Position numbers and translations under genes: made by a program. From an uncultured bacterium (lineage in GTDB: Bacteria; Chloroflexota; UBA5177; JANWHV01): a stretch of 64,000 bases of DNA. The DNA lies in contig CAWHAE010000016.1 in assembly GCA_963827235.1 (NCBI GenBank), positions 736,001-800,000 on the forward strand, written 5' to 3'. Numbering within the stretch: position 1 is the first letter of the stretch; the number at the start of each line of letters is the position of its first letter. Below are positions 30,745 to 40,586 of this stretch, one piece after another. The notes under the pieces were generated by a model that was given only the letters and a program-made list of their open reading frames with translations, had not been told where the DNA came from and made no database searches.

Positions 30745-31916
30745 ACGAAGAAACGCCTGTCGCGGCTCCGCCTCTCGTGACCTGCCCGGTGTGCGGGCGC
30801 GAGGTGCCAAACGGAGCGTATTGCGGCGCCTGTGGTGCGCACCTGGCCAGCGAGATTGGCAACACCCTGCACCGCCATCACGCCTACGCGGCCAATCCGT
30901 CACAGCACATCCTCCATCCTAGCTTGGTGACCACGCTCTTCCCGCATCTGCCGCATCGTCACAGGCTGCCGTTTCAGGTCGCCTTCGGCGTGACGGCGCT
31001 AGCCCTGATCGTTCTCGGCCTGTTGCGGTGGACCGGTCCTGCCATTGCGCTGGCAGCCCTGGCCGTGCCGTTGATCTACCTGCTTCAGCTCTATGAGGTG
31101 GAGGTGTACGAAGACGAGCCGGCCTTGGTCATCGGCGTGACCGTGCTCGTCGGGGTCGTATTGGGCGCCGTGTGGGCGCACTATACCGGCCCAACCATAA
31201 CGAGGATTCTGCTAGAAGACAACACGCTCGGCACCACGGCGGGCCGGCTCTGGGAGGGGGGCGTGCTCCTGCCATTGGCATCGCAGGTGCTGATGCTTGC
31301 CGGAGGCCTTGCACTCTACTTTCGACGACGCTACGACGAAGCGCTCGACGGCTTCACCTTTGGCGTGGCCGGGGCACTGGGATTCTCTGCTGCCAGCACC
31401 ATCGTCAACCTCTGGCCCGGGCTCAATCAGGGACTGACTTCCAGCATGCCGCAAACGGACAGCGTGCTCGACGCTCTCCAGCGCGGCGTGCTCACGCCGT
31501 TCGTCAACGCGAGCCTGGCCGGCCTCGTCTGCGGCGCCCTGTGGCTCAGCCGAGGCCCAACTCGCCGGCTGCCGCATCATTGGCTGGTGGCCGGTGTGCT
31601 TCCCGCGATCGCGGTCATGGTCGTAACCCGCGTGCTGCTGGGCTTGGAGTCGGTCATCTTCCTGGATGCGCTGACGGCAACAGCGGCGAGCGGCGCCGCT
31701 ACTATACTACTGGTCGTCTGGGTGCGCGTTGCGCTGCACTACACCTTGCTTTCGGAGGCCGTCGAGGTTCCGATCGGGCCCGATGGGCCGTGTTCGCACT
31801 GTCACCGTGTTGTGCCACGCATGGCATTCTGCCCGAACTGCGGCATCGCCACGCGAGCCACGCCGAAGTCCGGTGCCGGCCGCGTCAATCGAGCAGTGAG
31901 ACAAGGGGCTGCGTAG
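30741..31916 (+). CDS. Second PrsW-like protein with flanking zinc ribbons, catalytic residues lost
   Basis: Paralog of 26825-27940 (shared YAAxPxxHxxHPxxxTTLFPHL). Motifs read SQVLM, FSAAS, VNA, TRVLL. GTGA overlap with the S53 gene. Confidence 0.82.
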   Translation: MNEETPVAAPPLVTCPVCGREVPNGAYCGACGAHLASEIGNTLHRHHAYAANPSQHILHPSLVTTLFPHLPHRHRLPFQVAFGVTALALIVLGLLRWTGPAIALAALAVPLIYLLQLYEVEVYEDEPALVIGVTVLVGVVLGAVWAHYTGPTITRILLEDNTLGTTAGRLWEGGVLLPLASQVLMLAGGLALYFRRRYDEALDGFTFGVAGALGFSAASTIVNLWPGLNQGLTSSMPQTDSVLDALQRGVLTPFVNASLAGLVCGALWLSRGPTRRLPHHWLVAGVLPAIAVMVVTRVLLGLESVIFLDALTATAASGAATILLVVWVRVALHYTLLSEAVEVPIGPDGPCSHCHRVVPRMAFCPNCGIATRATPKSGAGRVNRAVRQGAA

Positions 31917-31917
31917 A

Positions 31918-33159
31918 ATGGCTGGCCAGATATGCGCCCAGTGTGGCGGAGTAAACGAGGCGTCCGTTCGATTCTGCGGCCATTGTGGAGCCCAACTGCC
32001 TGCCGGCGCGACGGCGCCGGAGGCCAGCGTTGCGGCGAGTAGCGGACGGCCGCCTGCCGGCGGAGCCGTTTTTTGCGGAGCCTGCGGCGCGCAGAACGCG
32101 CCCGGCGCCAGGTTCTGCGGTGGGTGTGGCGCGCCCATGCCAGCGGGGGCCGTGGATGCCGCGCCACGGCAGAGTCCACAGGTCGCGACACCGGTGGCGC
32201 TCACTTGTCCTACCTGCGGGCTGAGTGTCGCGCCGGGCACGCGATTCTGCGGCCGTTGCGGGCAGGCTATCGGACAGGGCGGCGCGCCGGCCGTGTCCGC
32301 GCGCCCACCCGCGGCGGTCGTGTGCTCTCGTTGCGGCCTTTCCCAGGAAACGACGGCCCAGTTCTGCGGCCGTTGTGGGCAGCCGCTGGCGTCGGCCGCA
32401 GCGGTCCCGCGGGCAGTTCCACAGGTGGTCTTCCCCCGCGCCGTTCCCGCGCAGGCGCGGCAAGGCGTGCCGCACAAGACGGCGGGCGGCATCTCATGGA
32501 GCGTGCTCGCCGCGCTGGTGGGCGTTGCGATGGTGGTCCTGGCGATTGTCTCACAGCTCATCATGAGCCATGGCGCCAAGAACTGCGGCGTGAGCTGCCC
32601 GGTACCGCATCCCCCGCATCCGCCTACCCCGCTCGGGCCGTCCGGGCCGCCGCTCGCCGCGCAGAGCGCGTTCACGAGCAGCCAGTACGGATTCAGATTG
32701 GAGTATCCGGCGGACTTCCTCTCGCCGACCAAGAGCGATGCCCAATCGGTGTCCTGGTCTGCCACGGTGCCTTCCGACGGCTCGGGATTCGCGCTGCTGG
32801 TTCAGGGCGAGGCGGCAAACGGCCGCTCGGCGCAGCAGATCGTCGACGCGCTGCAGCAAAGCAAAGCCAGCGGCGCTACCGTCGTGTTCGGCATCAGCGG
32901 TGCCGAGCTGGGATCCACCGACGGTTACGGCAACGTCTACGACCTGACCGTAACGCCGCAGAGTGGACAGCAAGCGCACTATCGCTTGGTTATTGAGTCG
33001 GCAGTTCGCAACGGCATCGCCGTCGATCTGCTCGCCGTGAGCAACTTCACCGCTGATCAGAACGAGCATCCCAGCCCGGCCCAGCTGGAGCCCCAGGTCG
33101 AATCGATTGCAGACGTGATTGGCAACACCGTGACCTGGAAGGACGAGCCACCAATCTAG
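31918..33159 (+). CDS. Four-zinc-ribbon single-pass membrane protein with extracytoplasmic domain
   Basis: Four CxxC-x10-CxxC units, TM helix, CGVSCP, then FTSSQYGFRLEYPADF (PsbP-like start). Confidence 0.82.
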   Translation: MAGQICAQCGGVNEASVRFCGHCGAQLPAGATAPEASVAASSGRPPAGGAVFCGACGAQNAPGARFCGGCGAPMPAGAVDAAPRQSPQVATPVALTCPTCGLSVAPGTRFCGRCGQAIGQGGAPAVSARPPAAVVCSRCGLSQETTAQFCGRCGQPLASAAAVPRAVPQVVFPRAVPAQARQGVPHKTAGGISWSVLAALVGVAMVVLAIVSQLIMSHGAKNCGVSCPVPHPPHPPTPLGPSGPPLAAQSAFTSSQYGFRLEYPADFLSPTKSDAQSVSWSATVPSDGSGFALLVQGEAANGRSAQQIVDALQQSKASGATVVFGISGAELGSTDGYGNVYDLTVTPQSGQQAHYRLVIESAVRNGIAVDLLAVSNFTADQNEHPSPAQLEPQVESIADVIGNTVTWKDEPPI

Positions 33160-33679
33160 CAGGACGCCGGTCAGCAAGTGCTTCGGTGGGGCGAGGTCGC
33201 GCACACTGGCGAGACGTGGAGCGAGGGGGACACCGCGGTGCTGGAGTACCGCGGGTATCAACGACTGAAACCTACTGGACCGGCCCGGCAGAGATCCGCG
33301 GAGTATCACGTGCCTCTGGTCGTCTTTTTGCACCGCCTGTTCGCCTGCGAACGGCAGGAATCGCACGACGCCAGTAGTTGATAAGGCTCTGGCGGCATAT
33401 ACCCGTCTGCCCAGTATATTGCTCAAATGGCGGTCGGGCGCCTATAGTGAGGCCACGACGAGATCTGCACGCCACGACGGCGCGCTGGGATTCATTCCCG
33501 GAGGTGCTCACAGTCCGCCAAGTGCGGGATCCATTCCGCCCGTGCCTGTTTCACTGGGGCTTGAGTACAGGTCGTCCCGCCCGAGGGCCGGGACGTGCCC
33601 GCGGCGCCGTGCTTGACGAGGACACGGCGCTCTCGAGACGGGCGGAATCGACTATGCGCCCGGTCAGTGAGGGACAGAG

Positions 33680-35158
33680 ATGTCAAACGTGCCGGATATG
33701 CCTGAGCACAAAGTCGACCCTTTACAGACGCCTGCTGTGCCGGACGGGCCAGACGTCGAGTCCGGGCCCGCGCGACAAGCCACTGAGAGGGAGCGCGCCA
33801 GAATAGCCGAGGAGTTGGAGCGCCTTGTGCAGCTTCGATTGACCCCTGACAGCATGGCGCTGGAGCTATACGTCTATCCCGGCCTCGCACGGTACCACAT
33901 GAGTGACCGCATAGACTGCGTCAAGCGCCAGGCGACGGGGCTGGGTGTGACGGCGGCGATCGACGAGGATACCGTCCGGCGAGCATTCGCCTCCGGCAAG
34001 GAGAAGCAGTGGCTCGTCATCGCCCGCGGCACGCCCGCGGTGCCCCCGGTTCACGGCAGCGTAGAAGTGTTGGTTCCCTCGGTGCCGCCCCTGGGCAAGG
34101 ATCGCTTCCACGAGCGCCCGTATGTCAACCAGGGCGACGTCCTCGTGCTGGTCACCCGGGCTTCCGACGGTGTGCCCGGCGTGAATCTCAAAGGCTGGGC
34201 GCTGCCGTCCACCGCGGCCAGGCGCCCGGCGATTCCCAGCGGAGAGCATACCGTGCTGCGCCAGGAGGGCGAGACGCGAGAGGTCGTGGCCGAGTGCGAC
34301 GGCCTGGTCTACTTCGACCACATGCAGTTTGGCGTCTATCCCATGCAGCACGTGCATTCGAGCGCGCTGCGATACGGCGCAAAAGTCGAATCTGACAACT
34401 CCATCGTCGTCCGCGGAAACGTGCCCTCGGGAGCCACCATCGTCTCGAGCGCCGACATCTATGTCTCGGGAGACGTCGACGACAGCACGCTGATCAGTAC
34501 CTCCGGATCGATCACTGTGCTCGGCTGTGTCACCGGTCATAACCAGCACCACTGCACTGTACGCGCCAAGGGCGACATCATGGTGGCGTCGGCATTGCAC
34601 GTCGATATCACCGGTGAGCAGGACGTCTACATTCAGACCCAGGCCCGCAACTCGACGATTGTCGCGGCGCGCAATTTGATACTGCTCACTCGGCTGCGGA
34701 GCGCTCTGTACGACGTGGACCTCCGCATAGGTGGAGCGGTCATGCCGTCTGACTCCGCCAACGCGCCCGCTGACGTGACGTCGGCGGAGCGAATGGCATT
34801 TGACGTAGAATGCTCTGTTCCCGCGCAGCTCGGTATGTTGGAGGGGCAGGTCGTCTCGTTCAAGCCCGGCCTGATCAACGAGCTGAGCGTCGCGGTTGCG
34901 CGCCTGGTACTGGTCGGCAGCCCGCCGCTTTCCGCCAACAAGACCGTCTATCTCAAGCTGCAGCTTCCGGGCTTCCATCCGCTGCAAATACTCGGCCGAA
35001 CCATGGCGCCAACACATGACGGACGTACGATGGTCGGGTTCCGCCAGATGAGCCACCAGGATGAGGCGGCAATAACGGCGTACTGCCTAAGTTTGGCTCG
35101 CAAGCGCATCGGTGGGGAGCAAGAGGAAAACGGCGAGAACGGCGAGCCGATGGTCTAG
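33680..35158 (+). CDS. FapA (DUF342) family protein with C-terminal degenerate PilZ domain
   Basis: IARGTPAVPPVHG, YVNQGDVL..DGVPGVNLKG, beta-solenoid IVVRGNVPSGATIVSSADIYVSGDV. The last ~110 aa follow a PilZ pattern. Confidence 0.8.
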   Translation: MSNVPDMPEHKVDPLQTPAVPDGPDVESGPARQATERERARIAEELERLVQLRLTPDSMALELYVYPGLARYHMSDRIDCVKRQATGLGVTAAIDEDTVRRAFASGKEKQWLVIARGTPAVPPVHGSVEVLVPSVPPLGKDRFHERPYVNQGDVLVLVTRASDGVPGVNLKGWALPSTAARRPAIPSGEHTVLRQEGETREVVAECDGLVYFDHMQFGVYPMQHVHSSALRYGAKVESDNSIVVRGNVPSGATIVSSADIYVSGDVDDSTLISTSGSITVLGCVTGHNQHHCTVRAKGDIMVASALHVDITGEQDVYIQTQARNSTIVAARNLILLTRLRSALYDVDLRIGGAVMPSDSANAPADVTSAERMAFDVECSVPAQLGMLEGQVVSFKPGLINELSVAVARLVLVGSPPLSANKTVYLKLQLPGFHPLQILGRTMAPTHDGRTMVGFRQMSHQDEAAITAYCLSLARKRIGGEQEENGENGEPMV

Positions 35159-35512
35159 GGGCCGTACCGCCGCAGGTCGTCTTCTTCATGAGGCAGTCCG
35201 CGACCGCGCTCGACTGAGAACGAACACCCGGTTGCGGTCAAACGTGACGGGCCGGTCGGCTCGACGGCCGGCTGTGGCACGCGAGATTCCTGTCGGAAGC
35301 GCGCCCCGGCAGGGCGCGGCACGACGAAGCAGGTATCAGGACGGAACCAAAGGCTGACCGGCAACCCCGCCGGCCATCCGGCTCTCGCGAGGAACCGAAT
35401 GACGGCCGGCACGACAGCCGGTCACCGTCGGCGCGTCCACGTTCACCTCAGCGGGCGCATCGCCCGCGCCATGCGAGTTCCGGTGCGGGCGGGCGTGCCC
35501 TCGATCCATGGT

Positions 35513-35809
35513 CTATCGGGCGGCGCCCGCGAGCGCGTGCAGCACCCGCTGGGTATGGAACTTCGGGGCCTTGTGCTCGTCGTAGTAGCGGGACACTCGC
35601 GTGTCGCCGTAATCGTACTCGAGCACGAACAGCTCGTAGGGGTACTTCTCGCTTCGCATCAGCAGCTCGGCATCGTGCAGCGTCGTAGTGCCGCCGATAT
35701 ACCCGCACTCAAGCGTACGAACCGGACCCTGCGAATAGCTTGTGTAGTATCCGAATACCCTGCAAGTACCTTCACTGTCACCATCGTTCGACGGATGCTC
35801 AACGTTCAC
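35513..35809 (-). CDS. Small hypothetical protein
   Basis: 98 aa, Tyr-rich globular composition. AAGGAG lies 8 nt before GTG 35809. Confidence 0.55.
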   Translation of the reverse strand: MNVEHPSNDGDSEGTCRVFGYYTSYSQGPVRTLECGYIGGTTTLHDAELLMRSEKYPYELFVLEYDYGDTRVSRYYDEHKAPKFHTQRVLHALAGAAR

Positions 35810-36212
35810 CTGAGTCACTCCTTCACTCTGGCCATCGTGGTGTCCACTGCGTTCTCCCCAGTCCACACCTCCATTCGCTCTGCCGGTGTCGAGGCAGTCA
35901 TGGTCACCCGCGGACGCCGATCGCCATCGCGCCGCAGATTTCTTGCCCGCGAGGTACGGATATACCCCACGGCGAGAGGCAACGGCGATATGTAGGGCAG
36001 CATCCGATCTTACCCCCTACCGATGCCATACTGCCGGACCGGATTGGAGGACTGCGGCCAGGAATCCTTCCAGCATCCATAGTCTATACGAAGAGTGCCG
36101 TCCTCACCAGTGCAGAACGGCATGTTGTTTGGCTCCCACCAGCCTGTGTCCATCACCGAGCAAGCGCCGTGGCGCGGAAATGAAGTAAACACGGCCATAA
36201 CGGCCTGCTTGG

Positions 36213-36593
36213 TCAGCGCGGCACGCTCAAGGCTTGAGCGAGCACCGCCGAGATCTCGTTGAATCCAAACGGTTTTCTGAGCAGATACCAACCGGGTCGC
36301 CCGCTTGCCCGCCGCTCTACCTTGCGTCGATCCTCGTCTGCCGTGAGCAGGATGACCGCGAGATCGGCAGTCGCCGGGTCGCTCCTGACGAGGTCAAGCA
36401 GGGTCCAACTTGGATCCATCACTTTGAGGCGCACTTCGAGAATCAGCGCGTCTGCCTCGCGAGCGCGCAGCTCCTCATGAGCATTCTCGGAGAATTGGAC
36501 GACCTCAGGTTCAAAGCCGTTCAGCTCGATCATCTCGCAGAGAAATGTGCGTAGCACCACGTCGTCGATCATGACGGCAACGCGCTTTGCCAT
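36213..36593 (-). CDS. Single-domain response regulator receiver, atypical (phospho-Asp replaced by Glu)
   Basis: KRVAVMIDD...DALILEVRL...VILLTA...LRKPF CheY-like pattern. Alternative start 36608. Confidence 0.85.
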   Translation of the reverse strand: MAKRVAVMIDDVVLRTFLCEMIELNGFEPEVVQFSENAHEELRAREADALILEVRLKVMDPSWTLLDLVRSDPATADLAVILLTADEDRRKVERRASGRPGWYLLRKPFGFNEISAVLAQALSVPR

Positions 36594-37209
36594 GGCACCC
36601 CACTCCATTTGCTTCCGCGTCCTGAAGGCTGGGCGGCGATATCAGTGCGCGCACCCGGCTTATCGACGTTGCCGCGCCAGGCACGCATCCGCCGTGGGAA
36701 CTCCACGTTGCCGAGGGCTCACTCACCGGTACCCGGCCTGCTCACGCCCCGTCGTCACGACGGGCGGCATTATGACGGTCCTCATTATACTGCTTTTCTC
36801 CTCCGGCTCGCGGCCGAGGCCGTCACAACCGGAAGGTCTATCCGGCGATACATTCGGCCCTGATCGCCGTTTGGATAAAGTCGTATCCGCATGGCGAACC
36901 GGCATATACCAGCCGGGTGTTTCTCGGCACCCAGCACCCACGTAGTATCGACGTAGTACCTCTGCTACGGCTATGCAAGGGATCCTAATCGGTCCCAGAC
37001 GACGATTCCGGCCTCGCAAGGATCGCGCATTCTGCATATCCACGCAAGAAGGATGGCGTTGGAGAGCGGGCAGGATGTAGTTGAAGGGCCCATGTCCGGT
37101 GCCGTCGATCAGCGAGGTCAGTGCACGCGGTAGAAACGGCCTTGGGCCAAGGTACTGCCTGGTCTTTCAGTGCGCTCGTGCATTCCAGTTCCTGAGATAG
37201 GTCAAGAAG

Positions 37210-38175
37210 ATGTTGAACAACAGTACAGGCAAGTTTGAGCCCCAAGTGGACGAGCGCATACCGTTCGACATCTCAGTCGATCCGAAGCCGGACCTGCCAT
37301 CGAAGTCCGTGCTCATCGGAGCCAAGACCGTGCTGTACGAAAGCGAGAAATCGCTGGGCTTCGCGGCGAACGTTGCGCCGCAACGCGTCGATCACTCGGC
37401 TGAAGCTGAGCGAACGCATGCCACGCCCGTGGCGAATCCCTGGCCCTGGCCAAGGATCAGCGTGATCATTCCGGCGCGTAATGAAGCGCTCAACCTTCCG
37501 CATGTGCTTGCGCGACTGCCCAAGGATATCTACGAGGTCATCCTGGTCGACGGTCACTCGACGGACGGCACCCCCGACGTTGCTCGCGAGCTCTGGCAGG
37601 GTGTTCGGATCGTGCAGGACACTCGCCGCGGCAAGGGAAATGCTCTGGCCTGCGGCTTCGCCGCCGCGCGAGGCGATATCATCGTCATGCTCGATGCCGA
37701 CGGCTCTGCCGACGGCATCGAGATTCCGCGCTTTGTCCGGGCGCTTCTGGAAGGAGCGGACGTGGCGAAGGGCTCGCGATTTCTGCAAGGTGCAGGCAGC
37801 AGCGACATCACGCACTTGCGGCGGGTGGGCAACTGGGTGTTGACCAAGCTGGTGAACACTATGTACGGCACATCGTATTCGGACCTGTGCTATGGCTACA
37901 ACGCCTTCTGGGCGCGCCACCTGCCCGTACTCAACGTCGACTGCGACGGCTTCGAGGTCGAAACGCTGATCAACATCCGTGTCGCGAAAGCGGGCCTGCG
38001 GGTAGCAGAGGTTCCAAGCTACGAGTACACCCGGTTGCACGGCGCCAGCAACCTCCATGCGCTGAGAGACGGCATCCGCGTTCTCAAGACGATCGTGCGC
38101 GAGAGACAGGCTCGCAGACCGGCGCGGCAGACGTCGATGGCCGAAGGCCCGGCCAGGATGGACGTCGGCGCCTAG
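37210..38175 (+). CDS. Glycosyltransferase family 2 (DPM synthase-like)
   Basis: ISVIIPARNEALNL, VDGHSTDGT, GKGNAL, MLDADGS, DGFEVET. Start uncertain. Confidence 0.92.
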   Translation: MLNNSTGKFEPQVDERIPFDISVDPKPDLPSKSVLIGAKTVLYESEKSLGFAANVAPQRVDHSAEAERTHATPVANPWPWPRISVIIPARNEALNLPHVLARLPKDIYEVILVDGHSTDGTPDVARELWQGVRIVQDTRRGKGNALACGFAAARGDIIVMLDADGSADGIEIPRFVRALLEGADVAKGSRFLQGAGSSDITHLRRVGNWVLTKLVNTMYGTSYSDLCYGYNAFWARHLPVLNVDCDGFEVETLINIRVAKAGLRVAEVPSYEYTRLHGASNLHALRDGIRVLKTIVRERQARRPARQTSMAEGPARMDVGA

Positions 38176-38541
38176 CACGCCGGTCACCTAATGGTTCTGC
38201 TTCACGCGGAGCCGGCGAGAAGCCCGCGGTCCAAAGTCTAGGCCGCGGGCTTCCTGCAATCGTCGAGGAACTGCTCCAAACCCACGTCATCCCGCATTCA
38301 GGACTCCGCGACATATGCCTCAGCCCGCGGTCGTCATTCCAGCGCCCGCACCGACTGCGCGCTGGAATGAGCCTCCCGGCCGACCCAAGGCGTCGAGCAT
38401 GGGCTCCGCGCGCCCTTCTTGGCGGTACTTGCGCGTGCGAAACGCGCTGATCTGGGGATTGAATCCAGGCGTCAGGCCGGTACTCTGAGCCAAGGGACCA
38501 GAGTACGGTCCCGTGTTCTCGCACTCGGAGGAGATCGCCCA

Positions 38542-38964
38542 ATGCCGCTCATAACATGGAACGACCGTCTGTCTGTCGGGTACCAGCCCATCGATGATCA
38601 GCATCGACGCCTCGTCGAGCTGATCAATCAGCTTCACGACGCAATGACCCAGGGCAAGGGGCACGAGTCGTTAGGCAAAACCCTTGACGGGCTCGTTGAC
38701 TATACGCAAACACACTTCGCGTCCGAAGAAGCCATGATGCAGGCTTGCGGGTACAGCGGCTACGCGGGGCAGAAGGCACAGCATGTCGAACTGACACGCA
38801 AGGTGCTGGAACTGCGAAGCCAGTTCCACACCGGCCAGACAGTGATCACCATGGACGTGATGAAATTCCTCAAGGAATGGCTGGTCAACCATATCCAGCA
38901 TGCGGACAAGGTAGCCGGCGCATTCATAGCCGGCGCAACGTCGAACACCCCGGCCGGCGTGTAA
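38542..38964 (+). CDS. Bacteriohemerythrin (single domain)
   Basis: WNDRLSVG..IDDQH, HFASEE, QKAQH, WLVNHIQHAD. GGAGGAG RBS before ATG 38542. Confidence 0.92.
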   Translation: MPLITWNDRLSVGYQPIDDQHRRLVELINQLHDAMTQGKGHESLGKTLDGLVDYTQTHFASEEAMMQACGYSGYAGQKAQHVELTRKVLELRSQFHTGQTVITMDVMKFLKEWLVNHIQHADKVAGAFIAGATSNTPAGV

Positions 38965-38996
38965 GCCTATCGCGCCGGGAAGCCGGCAGGGGCCGC

Positions 38997-40562
38997 TCAG
39001 CGCACACTGCTGCTCGTGACCTCTTGCGGCGCGCTCGAGCGGGCGTCTCGCGCCATCGCCCTGTCTGCCCCGGCGGCCGCTTCAAGGTGCGGCGACCGTA
39101 TGAGAGCCGCCGCGATGAACGCCGGCACAATCGTGACCGCTATCACCAGGTAGGTGTCGTGGTACGCGGTGGCCTGTGCGTTGAGAACGGCCGGCGGTAA
39201 GTGCAACACAGGTGTGGCCGAGATGGCCATGGTGTGGACGGCGCGGGCTGCCGCCGGACCGAGCTTCGACACATAGGTTGATGTCCGGTCCTGGAGCAGG
39301 TTGGTCAATACAGCAATGCTGAGCGAGCCCATGACGTTGCGACCGACCACGTTCAGGGTTGTCGCTTCCGGCAACAGCGGACCGTTAATGCCTTCCAGCA
39401 GCACCGTGTTCGTCGACTGCATGGTAAGTGGCAGCCCAACGCCGCGCACGAGCAGAATGAACGGCAGGATGAACAGGTCGGAGGTCGAAGTGGTCCAGAA
39501 GGCAAGATAGAAGCCGGTAAGCGTGACCACGGTTAGCCCAGTGAAGATCAGGCGTCGCGGGCCCACGCGGTTATAGATCTGGCCACTGGTAATCGTGCCT
39601 ATCACCGAGCCGATGCCCTGCCAGAGCAGGAGCAAGCCGGCTGCAAACGGCGTCTCCCGGCGCAGCACCTGCAGATACTGCGGAAGCAGGAAGGCAGGCC
39701 CGAACAAGGCGACCACTCCGAGCAGCACGATCAGCGTCGCCAGCAAGAAGCTCCGCCGGGCGTACAGCCGAAGTTGCAGGAGGGGGTGTGGTCTACGCAG
39801 CTCGGTCGGCACGAACACGGCGAGCAGGGCCAGGGAAACCAGAATCGGTCCTCTCACGGTACCGGTGCTTTGCCAGCCGTCGTAGGCTAGGTTGGAAAGG
39901 CCGAAAAGCAGTAAGCCCAACCCGGTGGCTGCCAGCGCGAAACCAGGTAGGTCGAACTGCCGGTTCGCCTGCGGCCGCTGCTCGCGAAGCACGCGAGCTG
40001 CCATGATCACGCCCACCACTCCGACGGGCAGGTTCACGTAGAACACCCAGCGCCAGTCGACGTACTGGGTCAGATAGCCGCCAAGGCTCGGCCCCAGTGC
40101 AGGAGCCACCATCACGGGAATGCCGAAGATGCCGTTGGCACGGCCGCGGTCCCGGCCGGTAAACACCGAGAACAACAAAGCAAACGAGAGTGGGAACAGA
40201 GCGGCCCCACCCGCCCCTTGCAAGACGCGGAAGGCGATGAGCAGGTCGATATTCGGCGCCAGGCCGCAGAGCGCGGAGCCGAACGTGAAAACGACGAGCG
40301 AGGCAATGTATATCCGCTTGATGCCGAAGCGGTTGGCAAGGAAGCCGGTCGCAGGCACGAGCACGCCTGCGGCAAGAATGTAGGCCGTGGCCACGTACGA
40401 AGCCAGGTGTAGATCGGCGCCGAAATCTCGCTGGATGCGAGGTAAGGCCGTGTTGACGATGGTCGAATCGAGTATGCTGGCGAACGCCCCAAAGACGACC
40501 GTGATGAGCACCCACCATCTATACGAGTCCGGTGCCGTCCCTCCGCTGTCCTGCATAACCAT
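38997..40562 (-). CDS. DHA2 (EmrB/QacA) MFS efflux permease
   Basis: ILDSTIVNTALP, FRVLQGAGGA, APALGPSLGGYL..WRWVFYVNLPVG. About 14 TM segments. Confidence 0.93.
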   Translation of the reverse strand: MVMQDSGGTAPDSYRWWVLITVVFGAFASILDSTIVNTALPRIQRDFGADLHLASYVATAYILAAGVLVPATGFLANRFGIKRIYIASLVVFTFGSALCGLAPNIDLLIAFRVLQGAGGAALFPLSFALLFSVFTGRDRGRANGIFGIPVMVAPALGPSLGGYLTQYVDWRWVFYVNLPVGVVGVIMAARVLREQRPQANRQFDLPGFALAATGLGLLLFGLSNLAYDGWQSTGTVRGPILVSLALLAVFVPTELRRPHPLLQLRLYARRSFLLATLIVLLGVVALFGPAFLLPQYLQVLRRETPFAAGLLLLWQGIGSVIGTITSGQIYNRVGPRRLIFTGLTVVTLTGFYLAFWTTSTSDLFILPFILLVRGVGLPLTMQSTNTVLLEGINGPLLPEATTLNVVGRNVMGSLSIAVLTNLLQDRTSTYVSKLGPAAARAVHTMAISATPVLHLPPAVLNAQATAYHDTYLVIAVTIVPAFIAAALIRSPHLEAAAGADRAMARDARSSAPQEVTSSSVR

Positions 40563-40586
40563 GCCGTACCCTATCCCGTGTTTGTC

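Noticed and set aside
33178-33381. 67-aa ORF after the PrsW/S53 operon as a sixth gene
   Set aside because: GTG start with only a weak RBS, not coupled like the other five genes, and no recognisable motif.
38425-38510. Hairpins upstream of hemerythrin (GCGCGT/ACGCGC, GTACTCTG/CAGAGTAC) as a riboswitch
   Set aside because: No match to c-di-GMP or other aptamer consensus that I know. These could be an operator or chance pairing.
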